DNA from: Desulfobacterales bacterium
GTDB lineage: Bacteria > Desulfobacterota > Desulfobacteria > Desulfobacterales > UBA5616
Assembly: GCA_046483495.1 (NCBI GenBank)
Contig: JAWODC010000026.1
Location: forward strand, 10,838-74,837
Reading direction: 5' to 3'
Length of the DNA stretch: 64,000 bases
Shown here: piece by piece, positions 30,206 to 40,390 of the stretch
How the letters are laid out: each line of letters opens with the position of its first letter
Numbering within the stretch: the stretch's first letter is position 1
Translations under genes and position numbers: made by a program
Notes under the pieces: model-generated
Told to the model about the DNA's origin: nothing
The model's input: the letters and a program-made list of their open reading frames with translations, nothing else
The model's database searches: none

Positions 30206-30715
30206 ATGAGCAGAATCGCCGTCATTATAACCGATCTTTTTGAGGATGTGGAATATACCGAACCGGCCGATGCGTTTCGGAAGGCGGGCCATGAACTGGT
30301 CCACGTCGGCCTTGAAAAGGGGGCCACCGTAAAGGGCAAGGCAAAGGGGACGCCTGTTGAAATCGACACGTCGGTGGATGAGGCGGCCGTTGATGAATTC
30401 GATGCGCTGCTGATCCCGGGAGGCTACTCTCCGGACAAACTTCGGGTGAACGAAAGCGCGGTGAAGTTTGTCCGAAACTTCGTGGAAAGCAAAAAGCCGG
30501 TCTTTTCCATCTGTCACGGTCCCCAGATCCTGATTACCGCCGACGTTATCCGAGGAAGAAAAATTACCGGATACCAATCGATTATACAGGATATTAAAAA
30601 TGCCGGAGCGGATTTTCTGGACCAGGAAGTCGTGGAAGACGGCAACCTTATTTCAAGCCGAAATCCGAACGACATTCCACGCTTTATCGAAGCTTCGCTA
30701 TCAAGGCTCTCATAG
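30206..30715 (+). CDS. pfpI: PfpI/DJ-1 family protein
   Basis: FEDVEY, LIPGGYSPD, ICHGP, VVEDGNLISSR. Confidence 0.9.
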   Translation: MSRIAVIITDLFEDVEYTEPADAFRKAGHELVHVGLEKGATVKGKAKGTPVEIDTSVDEAAVDEFDALLIPGGYSPDKLRVNESAVKFVRNFVESKKPVFSICHGPQILITADVIRGRKITGYQSIIQDIKNAGADFLDQEVVEDGNLISSRNPNDIPRFIEASLSRLS

Positions 30716-30774
30716 ATGAGATAAAAGCTGCCGGCTTTTCGGAAACCGAAAGCAAAACAAATTGAGAAAGGAGG

Positions 30775-31242
30775 ATGGAAATGCTGCCTTCGACATCCAC
30801 CCGTGTGGCCGAACACACGTCGGATCATATCAATCAGCAGATCCGAGAGCTGACCGTACAAAACGTCCGCGAGTGTGCGGCGAGGGGCTCTATCGCCATC
30901 AATAAGCGTCTTGTCGAGTTGGACGATGAGTGGGACATCGAAAGGACACTTGAAGCAAATGCGGCCACGTTCGCACTACTCGGTTTGGGACTTGGTACGC
31001 TTGTCAATAAAAAATGGTACATTCTGCCGGCCGTGGTTGCGGGATTTCTGCTCCAGCATGCCCTTCAGGGGTGGTGCCCGCCCGTGCCGGTGTTTCGCCG
31101 ATTGGGAATTCGCACGGCCGAAGAAATTCATCAGGAAAAATATGCACTCAAGGCACTGCGGGGTGATTTCGGCCCGGTATATGAGAAAGCCCCCCATCAG
31201 AAGGCCGACTACGAGAAGGCGATAACCGCCGCTATGGCATGA
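30775..31242 (+). CDS. DUF2892/YgaP-like membrane protein
   Basis: EWDIERTLEANAA, QHALQGWCPP. Confidence 0.75.
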   Translation: MEMLPSTSTRVAEHTSDHINQQIRELTVQNVRECAARGSIAINKRLVELDDEWDIERTLEANAATFALLGLGLGTLVNKKWYILPAVVAGFLLQHALQGWCPPVPVFRRLGIRTAEEIHQEKYALKALRGDFGPVYEKAPHQKADYEKAITAAMA

Positions 31243-31318
31243 ATCCGAAATTGAGGATTCGGCGTCATGCCATATAAAAAGGGGTTGCAGCCGCTAAAAG
31301 GCGGCGGCATCATTGTGG

Positions 31319-31588
31319 CTACGTTCGGTCGGACCCCGCCACTTTAACGATTTTATTGTAGACGCCGAAAAGTAGAAAAGGGGCGACCCACTGGCCGACA
31401 AACCGGCTTTTTTCTTCGTGGCCGGTGATTTCAAGATAAAGGGACACCGCGATCGAGCTCATTGCAGCCCAGAGAAACAGATCCGACGGCAGCTTTGCCA
31501 CCTGGTATTCAATGGTACGGGCGACCTTGCCCTCCGAGTGCTGCAGGGCTTCCTTATCCGGGGATGTTTTTTTAAACAGAGTGCTCAT
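31319..31588 (-). CDS. Small conserved membrane protein
   Basis: SD AGGAG; EGKVARTIE...LPSDLFLWAA...FVGQWVAPFLLFGVYNKIVK. Confidence 0.8.
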   Translation of the reverse strand: MSTLFKKTSPDKEALQHSEGKVARTIEYQVAKLPSDLFLWAAMSSIAVSLYLEITGHEEKSRFVGQWVAPFLLFGVYNKIVKVAGSDRT

Positions 31589-31742
31589 GTTGAACTCCTT
31601 TTCATTGGTGTGATGATTGGTCTTGCCTCTACTATAATTTTTGGAGCATTGGATTGATATACGGCGAAATCCTTATTTTGATATTCTGCATTAGGTACCG
31701 GTTTTCACCGGCAGGCATAAAGCATAGCTAAACATTCGCCGC

Positions 31743-32900
31743 ATGAGACATCAAAATAAACTCAGAGCCGGAATCAGCAGAATTCTTCACATTCTGGCAG
31801 ATCCTGCAAAGACCGACCGTGGCCGGGGTGGCATTGTCATTCAAACATACCGGGGGTTCGGTTCGGCGGCGGAGGGTTTTCTAATCGGCCGGGTTTTTCG
31901 ACAGGATCCAAGAACCGTCCGAACGTCCGACCGGACGCTTATCCGGGACATTGTCGATTTGCTGCGGCGTCTTTTTCGTAAAGGCATCTCTCAGGCCGAA
32001 TTAACCGTCCGCTTTCATCGAACAGTCGTCCCCATAACCGCCGATAAACGGGGATATTTTCAAGCCCATTTTCATTATCAGGGTCAAGGCGATTCAAGAA
32101 ATCTCTGGAAGCCCGTCCATGTCGACCTGATTCATCCGGCAGGTTCGGCGGCCGGCACAATGGGCCGCATATTCGTTCCACCATCAACGGCTCGATTTGC
32201 AGTGATCAGCGATATCGACGACACGGTTGTTTTTACCGGTGTCGCCGACAAGTTGATGATGGTCTGGCGCCTGTTCATGCATGACGCGCGCAATCGAACG
32301 GCATTTCCCGGAGTCGGTGCGCTCTACAGGGCCTTCCATTACGGCGCTTCCGGAGCTGACATCAACCCGATGCTTTATGTTTCCCGGGGCCCTTGGAGCA
32401 TTTATGAGGTGCTCGATGAATTCTTCAATTTTCATGGTATTCCGGTCGGGCCTATTCTGTTTCTTCGAGACTGGGGGATTTCACTTTGGCGTCCCTTTCC
32501 TCGGCCGGCAAAAGGTCACAAACTGGCATTGATCCGGCGCATGTTGGCGCTGTATCACGATTTGCCCTTCATCCTGATCGGCGACAGCGGGCAGCGGGAC
32601 CCCGAGATTTATACAGAGATCGTTCGAATGAATCCGGGCCGAGTCCTTGCCGTCTATATTCGTAATCTAAATGCAGGCGCTCTTCGGAACCGGGCGATCG
32701 AGAAACTTGCCAGGGATGTTAATGCAGCGGCGAGTACAATGCTGCTTGCTGCGGACAGCTACGAAATGGCGGCTCACGCTGCGGACCAAGGCTATATTTC
32801 TTCCGCCGCATTATCGGAAATGCTCGAAGAGCGACGAAAGAAAAATGTTGACGTGCGTTGCGGACGAATGCCGGTGAGGACCGGGAATCGGTTTTTATAG
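31743..32900 (+). CDS. App1/DUF2183 family phosphatidate phosphatase-like protein
   Basis: VISDIDDT, YVSRGPW, LIGDSGQRDPEIY. Confidence 0.88.
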   Translation: MRHQNKLRAGISRILHILADPAKTDRGRGGIVIQTYRGFGSAAEGFLIGRVFRQDPRTVRTSDRTLIRDIVDLLRRLFRKGISQAELTVRFHRTVVPITADKRGYFQAHFHYQGQGDSRNLWKPVHVDLIHPAGSAAGTMGRIFVPPSTARFAVISDIDDTVVFTGVADKLMMVWRLFMHDARNRTAFPGVGALYRAFHYGASGADINPMLYVSRGPWSIYEVLDEFFNFHGIPVGPILFLRDWGISLWRPFPRPAKGHKLALIRRMLALYHDLPFILIGDSGQRDPEIYTEIVRMNPGRVLAVYIRNLNAGALRNRAIEKLARDVNAAASTMLLAADSYEMAAHAADQGYISSAALSEMLEERRKKNVDVRCGRMPVRTGNRFL

Positions 32901-33053
32901 AAACAAAAATTGTCAAATTTTTATTAACCCGGACTTCTTCGCATTTTCCGGCCGGTAATGAGGTTTTGCCCCTATATACAACCGGTGCCGCAATTCCTTA
33001 TGGTGAACATGGACCAGGCAAGTTCATCATTTAATAAAAGGAGGTGATTAAAC

Positions 33054-33359
33054 ATGGTACGACCCTGGATCAATGTACTGGCAGGTGCATGGGCGTTCTT
33101 TTCGGCCTTCTGGTATTACATGCTGCAGCCGATCAACTTTTTTATACTGGGCGTCATCATAGCGATATTCGGATTTTGGACCTATCGCAAGGAATGGCAG
33201 GGGATCGTCAACGGCATCATCGGCTTATGGCTCATTCTTTCGGCATTTGTTCCTTCTTTGATTGCCCAATGGAATCTGCTCATATCCGGACTGGTCGTCA
33301 TAGCACTTGCCGTATGGCGAATGTTCAGGACCCGGAGACCGCGACCGGTTGCGGGATAG
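33054..33359 (+). CDS. SPW-repeat-like small membrane protein
   Basis: SD AGGAGG; duplicated W..N...G.W...SAF membrane hairpins. Confidence 0.7.
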   Translation: MVRPWINVLAGAWAFFSAFWYYMLQPINFFILGVIIAIFGFWTYRKEWQGIVNGIIGLWLILSAFVPSLIAQWNLLISGLVVIALAVWRMFRTRRPRPVAG

Positions 33360-33385
33360 TTTTTTAAACTGCACCATCAACCCGA

Positions 33386-33420
33386 TTCGGTCAATCCGCC
33401 GCAATGGGGGATTGACCGAA
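33386..33420. terminator. 12-bp perfect inverted repeat, probable terminator hairpin
   Basis: TTCGGTCAATCC ... GGATTGACCGAA about 27 nt after the stop codon. Confidence 0.5.
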
Positions 33421-33765
33421 CGGCGAGCTTCGTCCCCCGAAAATCGTTCGATTGCACCTAACAGGGAAAGAAGTGTCGATTCAGGGAGTCCTGTTTGCGG
33501 TTGGCGTTGGCCTTCGATGCAGTCAGGCAGTGATGACGATTCACCGGAAACGCCCATAACCTGATTGGGTGTTATCCCGCGCGAGCTAAACGGAAAGTGC
33601 TTTTCCGAAAATGAAAAAAACGAAAGGAAAGAATCAATTTTCATAAGGAAATGCATGCGCCGACTACCGAAAAATACGCGCTATAGGCGGCCGCATCGAA
33701 TGACGGCGGACTGGCGGGGACGGCCGACTCGACGGATGAGGGTTTCGGGCCGGCGGCGATTGGTG

Positions 33766-34899
33766 ATGTCGATGAAAGGCGCCCGCACACGATTGAGGTG
33801 GTACAGGCAGTCCTCCATCCTTGCCCTTGCCATGACGGGCATTCTGCTGATTATGTTTGCACCGGGGGATGCGGAAATCCCGCCGGAAAACGGGGTCCAA
33901 GTGCCTGGTGGCGTCCAAAACCAGCCGGCCGCCGATACCCGGGAAAGTACGGAAGAAGCCATAGGGACCGTCCGGCAATTGTGGGAAAGCTTCCTGGTGA
34001 ATTTGCCGAAAATAATTGTAGCGATTGCCGTTTTAAGCGCGGCCTGGCTGATCGTTCGGCTGATCCGGGCCGTTCTCCGGAAACTGCTGAAACGCTGGGA
34101 GCGATTCAATGCCGTTGCCGCCGTCACCGGGGTGATTGTTTGGCTTTTGGCGGTGGGTGTGGTGTTGAGCATTCTTGCGGGTGATATTCGGGCGCTGGTC
34201 GGATCACTGGGATTGATCGGCCTGGCTCTTTCATGGGCGCTGCAGACCCCCATCGAAAGCTTTACCGGCTGGCTGCTGAATTCATTCAAGGGATATTATC
34301 GGGTGGGAGACCGCATTCTGGTCGGAGACGTGTTCGGCGATGTGTACCATATCGATTTTCTAACCACCACGGTTTGGGAAATCGGCGATCCTCACCGGCC
34401 CGGCTTCGTTCTTGCAGAGCAGCCGACCGGCCGACTTGTGACATTTCCGAATAATGAAGTGCTCGCCGGCCCATTGTTCAATATGACCCGCGATTTTCCT
34501 TTTGTTTGGGACGAAATGGCCGTTCAAATCGCCAATGAATCGGATTTGGAGTACGCCATGGGCGTATTTCAGAATCTGGCCGAAAACATGCTGAAAAATT
34601 ACATGGTAGAGCCTGCCCGCCTTTACAGCCAGATTTTACGGCGGGAAGGCATTATCGATTCCGTTCCCGAAGCGCCTCAGGTGTTCGTTTCCATGTCGGA
34701 ATCCTGGACCGATTTACGTATCCGATACCTGGTCAATGCCCGTGAACGGCGGAAATGGAAGAGCATGTTATGGGCTGCTGTTCACCGCGAGCTGCGCGAT
34801 GCGAAACATGCAACCCGCATCGTACCGGTCTACACCCGGCGGCAGCTGCAGTTCATCGGTCCCGACGGCAAGCCGGTGGAAACGGCGGATACGTCCTGA
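33766..34899 (+). CDS. MscS-family mechanosensitive channel (start uncertain)
   Basis: LGLIGLALSWALQ, YRVGDRI.VGDVFGDV, TGRLVTFPN. Confidence 0.88.
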   Translation: MSMKGARTRLRWYRQSSILALAMTGILLIMFAPGDAEIPPENGVQVPGGVQNQPAADTRESTEEAIGTVRQLWESFLVNLPKIIVAIAVLSAAWLIVRLIRAVLRKLLKRWERFNAVAAVTGVIVWLLAVGVVLSILAGDIRALVGSLGLIGLALSWALQTPIESFTGWLLNSFKGYYRVGDRILVGDVFGDVYHIDFLTTTVWEIGDPHRPGFVLAEQPTGRLVTFPNNEVLAGPLFNMTRDFPFVWDEMAVQIANESDLEYAMGVFQNLAENMLKNYMVEPARLYSQILRREGIIDSVPEAPQVFVSMSESWTDLRIRYLVNARERRKWKSMLWAAVHRELRDAKHATRIVPVYTRRQLQFIGPDGKPVETADTS

Positions 34900-35074
34900 A
34901 ATTCAGCGGGGAACCCTGAACCCGACCTTTTTATACAGGATTTTGCGTTTAAAAATCCATAAACGGCCTTATTTTTTTCCCCATACTCCTTTGAAAGAAT
35001 TGAATACCTGAAAGTGACCGGCTAAGGCGGTAAACCGCAAACAAGGGTGTGTCGGCAGATGAAAGGAGGATAAG

Positions 35075-35329
35075 ATGCCTAAAAATCATGGTTCGCAGAT
35101 CAAGGATGACGAACAGTATGAAACACTTCGAAAACAGGGCATGAGCAAGGAAAAAGCGGCGAGGATAGCAAATACCCCCCGCAAAAAGGCGGGGAAAAAA
35201 GGCGGAACATCACCCAAGTACGAAGAGTGGCGAAAATCGGATCTGTATGAACGCGCCAAAGAAATCGGCATCGAAGGCCGTTCCAAAATGAACAAAAGTG
35301 AATTGATTGACAGCATTCGGAATCATTGA
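35075..35329 (+). CDS. Small basic protein with Rho-termination-factor N-terminal-like domain
   Basis: YETLRKQGMSKEKAARIAN; LYERAKEIGIEGRSKMNKSELI. Confidence 0.85.
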   Translation: MPKNHGSQIKDDEQYETLRKQGMSKEKAARIANTPRKKAGKKGGTSPKYEEWRKSDLYERAKEIGIEGRSKMNKSELIDSIRNH

Positions 35330-35353
35330 GTCCGACTTGCGGAAGCGGCATCG

Positions 35354-36358
35354 ATGAAATCGGTCATCAGGCAGGACAAAGCATTGAACCGATGGGTTAT
35401 TTTTTCTACATTGCGTGGAAAAAGACCACACGAGTTCAAGAAGAAAACGAAACGGGCCAAATCGCTTCCCGAATATGACCTCCATTGCCCGTTCTGCCCG
35501 GGAAATGAGCACATGCTCGATGAAATCCTGCTTCAGGATGCCGGAGACAATTCCTATGGGTGGCAGACGCGGGTCGTGCCCAATAAATATCCCGCGCTTC
35601 TGCCGGAAGGGAATACGCATCGAAGGGAAGAGGGGATTTATCTGTCGATGGACGGATACGGCAGGCACGAGGTGATTATCGAAAGCCCCGGCCACCGCAG
35701 GCAAATTGCACTGCTTCCTCCGGAGGCCGTTCGAAAGGTCATCGAGGTTTACCATCGCCGGTACGTGCAGCTGATGGAAACGAATGAAAACAGCTTCGTG
35801 GTCATATTCCGGAATCATGGGCCCGGTGCGGGAACTTCCCTGATACATCCCCACTCACAGATTATCGCGACGGGTATCGTTCCGGGATATGTCCGGTTCA
35901 GGGAGGATCAGGCACAGCGGTATTATGATACGTGGGGCCGCTGCGTGTACTGCGAGATGCTGGCTTTCGAGGCGCAGGAGGGCACACGTGTTCTCGAGGA
36001 AAACGATACGTTTCTCGCCTTTATTCCGTTTGCGGCGGAGGTCCCCTTTGAGATATGGATCTTGCCGAAGTGTCACCAGGCCGATTTCGGGACGATTACG
36101 GAAACGGAAAAAGACCGGCTTGCCGAAATGATGGGTCGTCTTTTGAAGAATGTATATGAAAAGCTGAATGACCCGGACTACAATTATATCATCAGAACGG
36201 CGCCGCGATACAAATCCGGTGAACCGCATCTGCACTGGTTCCTGCAGATCAGGCCGCGTCTCACTATGCAGGCCGGATTCGAGATCGGATCCGGCATCAG
36301 CATCAACCCCTCCCTTCCGGAGCAGGATGCGGAATATCTGAGAAGTGCATCGGCTTAG
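35354..36358 (+). CDS. galT: GalT-family nucleotidyltransferase
   Basis: CPFCPGNE, VVPNKYPAL, HPHSQ catalytic motif. Confidence 0.88.
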   Translation: MKSVIRQDKALNRWVIFSTLRGKRPHEFKKKTKRAKSLPEYDLHCPFCPGNEHMLDEILLQDAGDNSYGWQTRVVPNKYPALLPEGNTHRREEGIYLSMDGYGRHEVIIESPGHRRQIALLPPEAVRKVIEVYHRRYVQLMETNENSFVVIFRNHGPGAGTSLIHPHSQIIATGIVPGYVRFREDQAQRYYDTWGRCVYCEMLAFEAQEGTRVLEENDTFLAFIPFAAEVPFEIWILPKCHQADFGTITETEKDRLAEMMGRLLKNVYEKLNDPDYNYIIRTAPRYKSGEPHLHWFLQIRPRLTMQAGFEIGSGISINPSLPEQDAEYLRSASA

Positions 36359-36419
36359 ATGACGCATATGCAGGATCAGATTCACCGGACGCCTCGGACC
36401 CGTCATTAAGGAGATTACT

Positions 36420-37658
36420 ATGATCGGATGTACAAAAATGGTCGGGCTGGAAGATTACGAGCCCCTTATCGGTGCCGAAACGATGGACCGCATCTTTCAA
36501 AAGGCCGAACCCCTGAAGGATCTTCATATCGCCAATGTCAATTCGACGTACTATGGCGGAGGGGTGGCCGAACTCTTAGGATCGCTGACGGTCCTGATGA
36601 ATACCATCGGCATTAAAACCGGGTGGCGCGTCTTGCAGGGATCTCCGGATTTTTTCAGCATTACAAAAAAGATGCACAACGCCCTGCATGGGTACGATAT
36701 CAATCTCAGCGACCATAAAATGCAGAATTTTGAAGACGTCGTCTGCCAGAATGCGATCCGTAACCATTTAAACCATGATGTCGTCATCATCCATGATCCG
36801 CAGCCGCTCCCCATGATCATGCATTACCGCAAATACGGCCCTTGGATCTGGCGATGCCATGTCGACCTGACTTCACCGAACCGCGAGGTGTGGAACTACC
36901 TCGAACCGTTTATCGAGAAATACGATGCGGTGATCGTGAGTATAAAAGAATATGCTCAGAACCTGAAAACACCGCAGTTTTTCTTCATGCCGGCCATTGA
37001 CCCTTTTTCCATAACCAACCGCGACTTCAGCGAAGAGGAAATCCAGGAACGGCTGGATCATTACGGCATACCCACGGACCTGCCGCTGGTGGTGCAGGTT
37101 TCCCGGTTCGATCGGTGGAAAGATCCGAGAGGGGTGGTGGAGGCCTTTCAGATCGCCCGGCGGGAAGTGGACGCAACGCTGGTCCTGCTGGGCAATGTAG
37201 CCACCGATGATCCGGAGGGAAAAGAAGTCTATGAGTCCCTTTTGAACTGCCAGGAAGAACGCATACGGATCATGAGCGTCCAGGATACCGCCCTGGTCAA
37301 TGCCCTCCAGCGCAAAGCCGCCGTGGTTCTTCAAAAATCGATCCGGGAGGGGTTCGGCCTCACGGTCGCGGAGGCGATGTTCAAGGAAGCCGCGGTAATC
37401 GGAGGCAACACCGGCGGCATCCGGTATCAGATTGCCGACGGCGTGAACGGATTTTTGGTCAACTCGGTGGATGAGGCGGCAAACCGGATTGTCCGGCTTT
37501 TAAAAGATGAACCGCTTCGGAAGGAAATGGGGCGCCTGGCGCGGCAAACCGTTATCGAAAAGTTCCTCCTGACGCGCTACCTGGAGCAGTACCTGGATTT
37601 GTTCGGCTCATTCGAAACCATCTACCGCATCAGCAGCCCCTTGAATATGCAAATCTAA
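36420..37658 (+). CDS. treT: Trehalose glycosyltransferring synthase TreT (GT4)
   Basis: NSTYYGGGVAELL, TKKMHNALHG, IHDPQP, WRCHVD, QVSRFDRWKDP, EGFGLTVAE. Confidence 0.85.
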   Translation: MIGCTKMVGLEDYEPLIGAETMDRIFQKAEPLKDLHIANVNSTYYGGGVAELLGSLTVLMNTIGIKTGWRVLQGSPDFFSITKKMHNALHGYDINLSDHKMQNFEDVVCQNAIRNHLNHDVVIIHDPQPLPMIMHYRKYGPWIWRCHVDLTSPNREVWNYLEPFIEKYDAVIVSIKEYAQNLKTPQFFFMPAIDPFSITNRDFSEEEIQERLDHYGIPTDLPLVVQVSRFDRWKDPRGVVEAFQIARREVDATLVLLGNVATDDPEGKEVYESLLNCQEERIRIMSVQDTALVNALQRKAAVVLQKSIREGFGLTVAEAMFKEAAVIGGNTGGIRYQIADGVNGFLVNSVDEAANRIVRLLKDEPLRKEMGRLARQTVIEKFLLTRYLEQYLDLFGSFETIYRISSPLNMQI

Positions 37659-37735
37659 GCGGGTGAAGGCGGTTTACATTCACACGATGCGCCAAATCCG
37701 ACATGCTTTTTCGGTGTTCGTTTGAGGTTTCGTGT

Positions 37736-37894
37736 TTACGCCTTTACCATTTCCTGATTACAGCACTGAAGCGGTACCGTGCAGCCCGGTCCGGATGCCG
37801 TACTGCAGGAGCACGCCTTTTCCACTTTCAGTTCGAGTCCGCAGTTTTTGCAGACATATCGGTCCCCTTGCTTCATATCCCTACATTCCGCCAT
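37736..37894 (-). CDS. 52-aa desulforedoxin-like Cys-rich peptide (not in ORF track)
   Basis: SD AGGAGGA; MAECRDMKQGDRYVCKNCGLELKVEKACSCSTASGPGCTVPLQCCNQEMVKA*. Confidence 0.8.
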   Translation of the reverse strand: MAECRDMKQGDRYVCKNCGLELKVEKACSCSTASGPGCTVPLQCCNQEMVKA

Positions 37895-38299
37895 TTCACA
37901 TCCTCCTGATAAGTAATAGTCCTGGAAAAAGGTTATTTTCTCACATCAGCGGCAATTGCCCTGCAAAGCAATCAGCGGCGATCACAGCCGGTAACATTTT
38001 ACGGTCCAATAGCCTTGTTGAATATTTCCAGACAAGGGGGTGGATTGAAATACGGAAAAGCATGTATTTGCAAATCATACGGACCTGACCGCCGGACAGG
38101 CGAGGGTTCGGAATCGGGTTTTTCAGGAATACCGAAAAACAAAAGATAACGTTGAAACGGCGATCGATGTGGTTTATTATCATTTGTCTTATCTGTGTTG
38201 GGGCTGCAATCCACGTTCCGGCATGCCATACGGATCACATGTTGCATAAAGAAGCCCATATGCCATCGTACCAACATACAATCATCAGGGAGGTTTGAC

Positions 38300-39160
38300 A
38301 TGAGCTACACGTGTTTTGATGTCGGCATCGAAAACCGCATCGCCCATCTGGTAATGAATCGTCCCGAGAAAAGAAACAGCATGATCCCCGAGTTCTGGGA
38401 TGAACTGCCCCAAATCATTCAGGACATCGACCGCCACAGTCGGGCCAGGGTGATCGTTATTTCGTCAACCGGGCCCCATTTTTCGGCGGGTCTCGATCTC
38501 AATGCCTTTGTCACCGGCCCCAAAACGGCCGGGGAAGGGCCTGATGCCGAAATAAAGGCCAAACGGCTTTACGGCATTAATTTTTACCAGAACATCCTGC
38601 GCATGCAGCGGGCCTTCAACAGCCTGGAAGAGTGCCGAATTCCGGTACTGGCCGCAGTCCAGGGAGGGGTTATCGGTGGTGCGGTCGATTTTGTGGTGGC
38701 TTGTGACATTCGATATGCAACCAGAGACGCCTATTTCACCATAATGGAAACGAATGTGGGGATGACGGCGGATGCCGGCACGTTTCCCCGGCTGGTGAAG
38801 CTGATACCTGAAGGCATTGTGAGGGAGCTGGCGTATACGGGACGCCCGATGCCGGCCGAAGAAGCCAAGTCCGTGGGGCTCGTAAACCGGTTCTTCGACG
38901 ACCGGGAAACCATGATCGAAGAAGTGATGAACATCGCCGCAGAGATCGCCTCCAAAGCACCCCTTGCCGTGTACGGCTGCAAACGGATGATCAATTACTC
39001 GAGAGACCACACCACCGCCGACGGGCTCGATTACATCGGCATTTGGAATGCCAGTATGCTGCAGCCGGATGAAATGCTGGAAGCGGTCATGGCTAAAAGG
39101 GAAAAACGGCCGGGCAATTTCGTGGATCTTCCGGAAGTAAAGCAGTCCTTTAAGGATTGA
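38300..39160 (+). CDS. Enoyl-CoA hydratase/isomerase (crotonase) family
   Basis: HFSAGLDL, PVLAAVQGGVIGG, ACDIRY, ADAGT; SD GGGAGG. Confidence 0.92.
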   Translation: MSYTCFDVGIENRIAHLVMNRPEKRNSMIPEFWDELPQIIQDIDRHSRARVIVISSTGPHFSAGLDLNAFVTGPKTAGEGPDAEIKAKRLYGINFYQNILRMQRAFNSLEECRIPVLAAVQGGVIGGAVDFVVACDIRYATRDAYFTIMETNVGMTADAGTFPRLVKLIPEGIVRELAYTGRPMPAEEAKSVGLVNRFFDDRETMIEEVMNIAAEIASKAPLAVYGCKRMINYSRDHTTADGLDYIGIWNASMLQPDEMLEAVMAKREKRPGNFVDLPEVKQSFKD

Positions 39161-39308
39161 CGCCGGCAGGCTTTCACCCTACGGTTCGAGCGGGGGCGCA
39201 ATTAAGCCCACCTCCACGGCTTCAGAGTGCCTCCGCCCGGGTCTTAAAACGGCAATGCCGACCACAGGTTCGTCTCGGCCTTCCATGCACTGAAATTGAT
39301 AAGAGCAC

Positions 39309-40343
39309 CTATCCGTTTATGCCCGTTCCGGTCAAGTGTTCGATGGGTCTTACGAGATTTAGAGAAAGCGCACCGGTGGGGCAGGTTACGGCACATACGC
39401 CGCAACCGAAGCACTTATCGGTATCCACCCGGGCCACACCGTCCATCATTGATATGGCGCCGAACTGGCAACGTCCCACACAGGTCTCACACCCCTGGCA
39501 CGTTTGGGGATCCACAACCGCATCGAAGCGGCTTCTATTCCACAGATCGTACCCGTACTTCACCTGACCCCTCAAAATGATGCATTCGGGTACCGAGCAC
39601 ATGCAGATCTGCTTGGGCTGCCCTCCCGATCCTCCGGCGGTGGGAATCAGCCCGGCTTCTTCACATTCTTTAAGAAGCGTGAATCCTTCTTCCAAGGTCA
39701 ACACTTTGCCGATTTTTCGATCCTCGATGTATTTTACCGACCCGTTGGTGAGGGAAAGGCAGGTAAACGTCGGCTTGTCACAGGTGCCTTCCTGGACCTG
39801 GAGCCACCGGCAGGGGCAGTCTACCACGGCGATGGCCGGCGCATTCGTTAGAATCGTTCTTAAATTTTCCGAATCCGTCAACTCCGGGTGGTCCATCACC
39901 GTGCTCCATGAGGGAATGCACCGGCCTCGATGGGCATAGGGCAGCTGTTCCATCATTTTCAGCACTTCGAACCATTCCGTCTCCCGGAAGTTCCGCCACA
40001 TTTCGATAATTTCCATCGGAACGGGCGAATAGCGCTCGTTCAAGGCTCCGTGAATGGTGGCGTCATGAACCTGGATGATCGAGCCGACACAAAAAAATTT
40101 TTCCACTCCCTGTTTTGTCAAGGGCAGGCAGACGCCTTTATTGGCAAGATCTTCCAGCTTCTGCTCCGCGGCCTGTTTGCTGATGCCGTACTTTTCTGCA
40201 AATTCATCGACAGACATCGGCAGTTCAAGGACCATCCGGGCCTCTTCAGGCGTAATAATCTTTTCCAGGATCATCGGTATCCAACGGCTGTTCGGCATCT
40301 GCACCTTTGCGGCAATTTGACGATACACATCTTTTTCACTCAT
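39309..40343 (-). CDS. Cys-rich 4Fe-4S dicluster protein, paralogue
   Basis: CPCR, ICMC..EC, CQGCETCVGRC and CFGCGVCAVTCP; start MSEKDV after SD. Confidence 0.85.
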   Translation of the reverse strand: MSEKDVYRQIAAKVQMPNSRWIPMILEKIITPEEARMVLELPMSVDEFAEKYGISKQAAEQKLEDLANKGVCLPLTKQGVEKFFCVGSIIQVHDATIHGALNERYSPVPMEIIEMWRNFRETEWFEVLKMMEQLPYAHRGRCIPSWSTVMDHPELTDSENLRTILTNAPAIAVVDCPCRWLQVQEGTCDKPTFTCLSLTNGSVKYIEDRKIGKVLTLEEGFTLLKECEEAGLIPTAGGSGGQPKQICMCSVPECIILRGQVKYGYDLWNRSRFDAVVDPQTCQGCETCVGRCQFGAISMMDGVARVDTDKCFGCGVCAVTCPTGALSLNLVRPIEHLTGTGING

Positions 40344-40390
40344 TACGTTCTCCCCTTTTTCGAAAACAGTTGCGGCTTGCGACGGAAATT

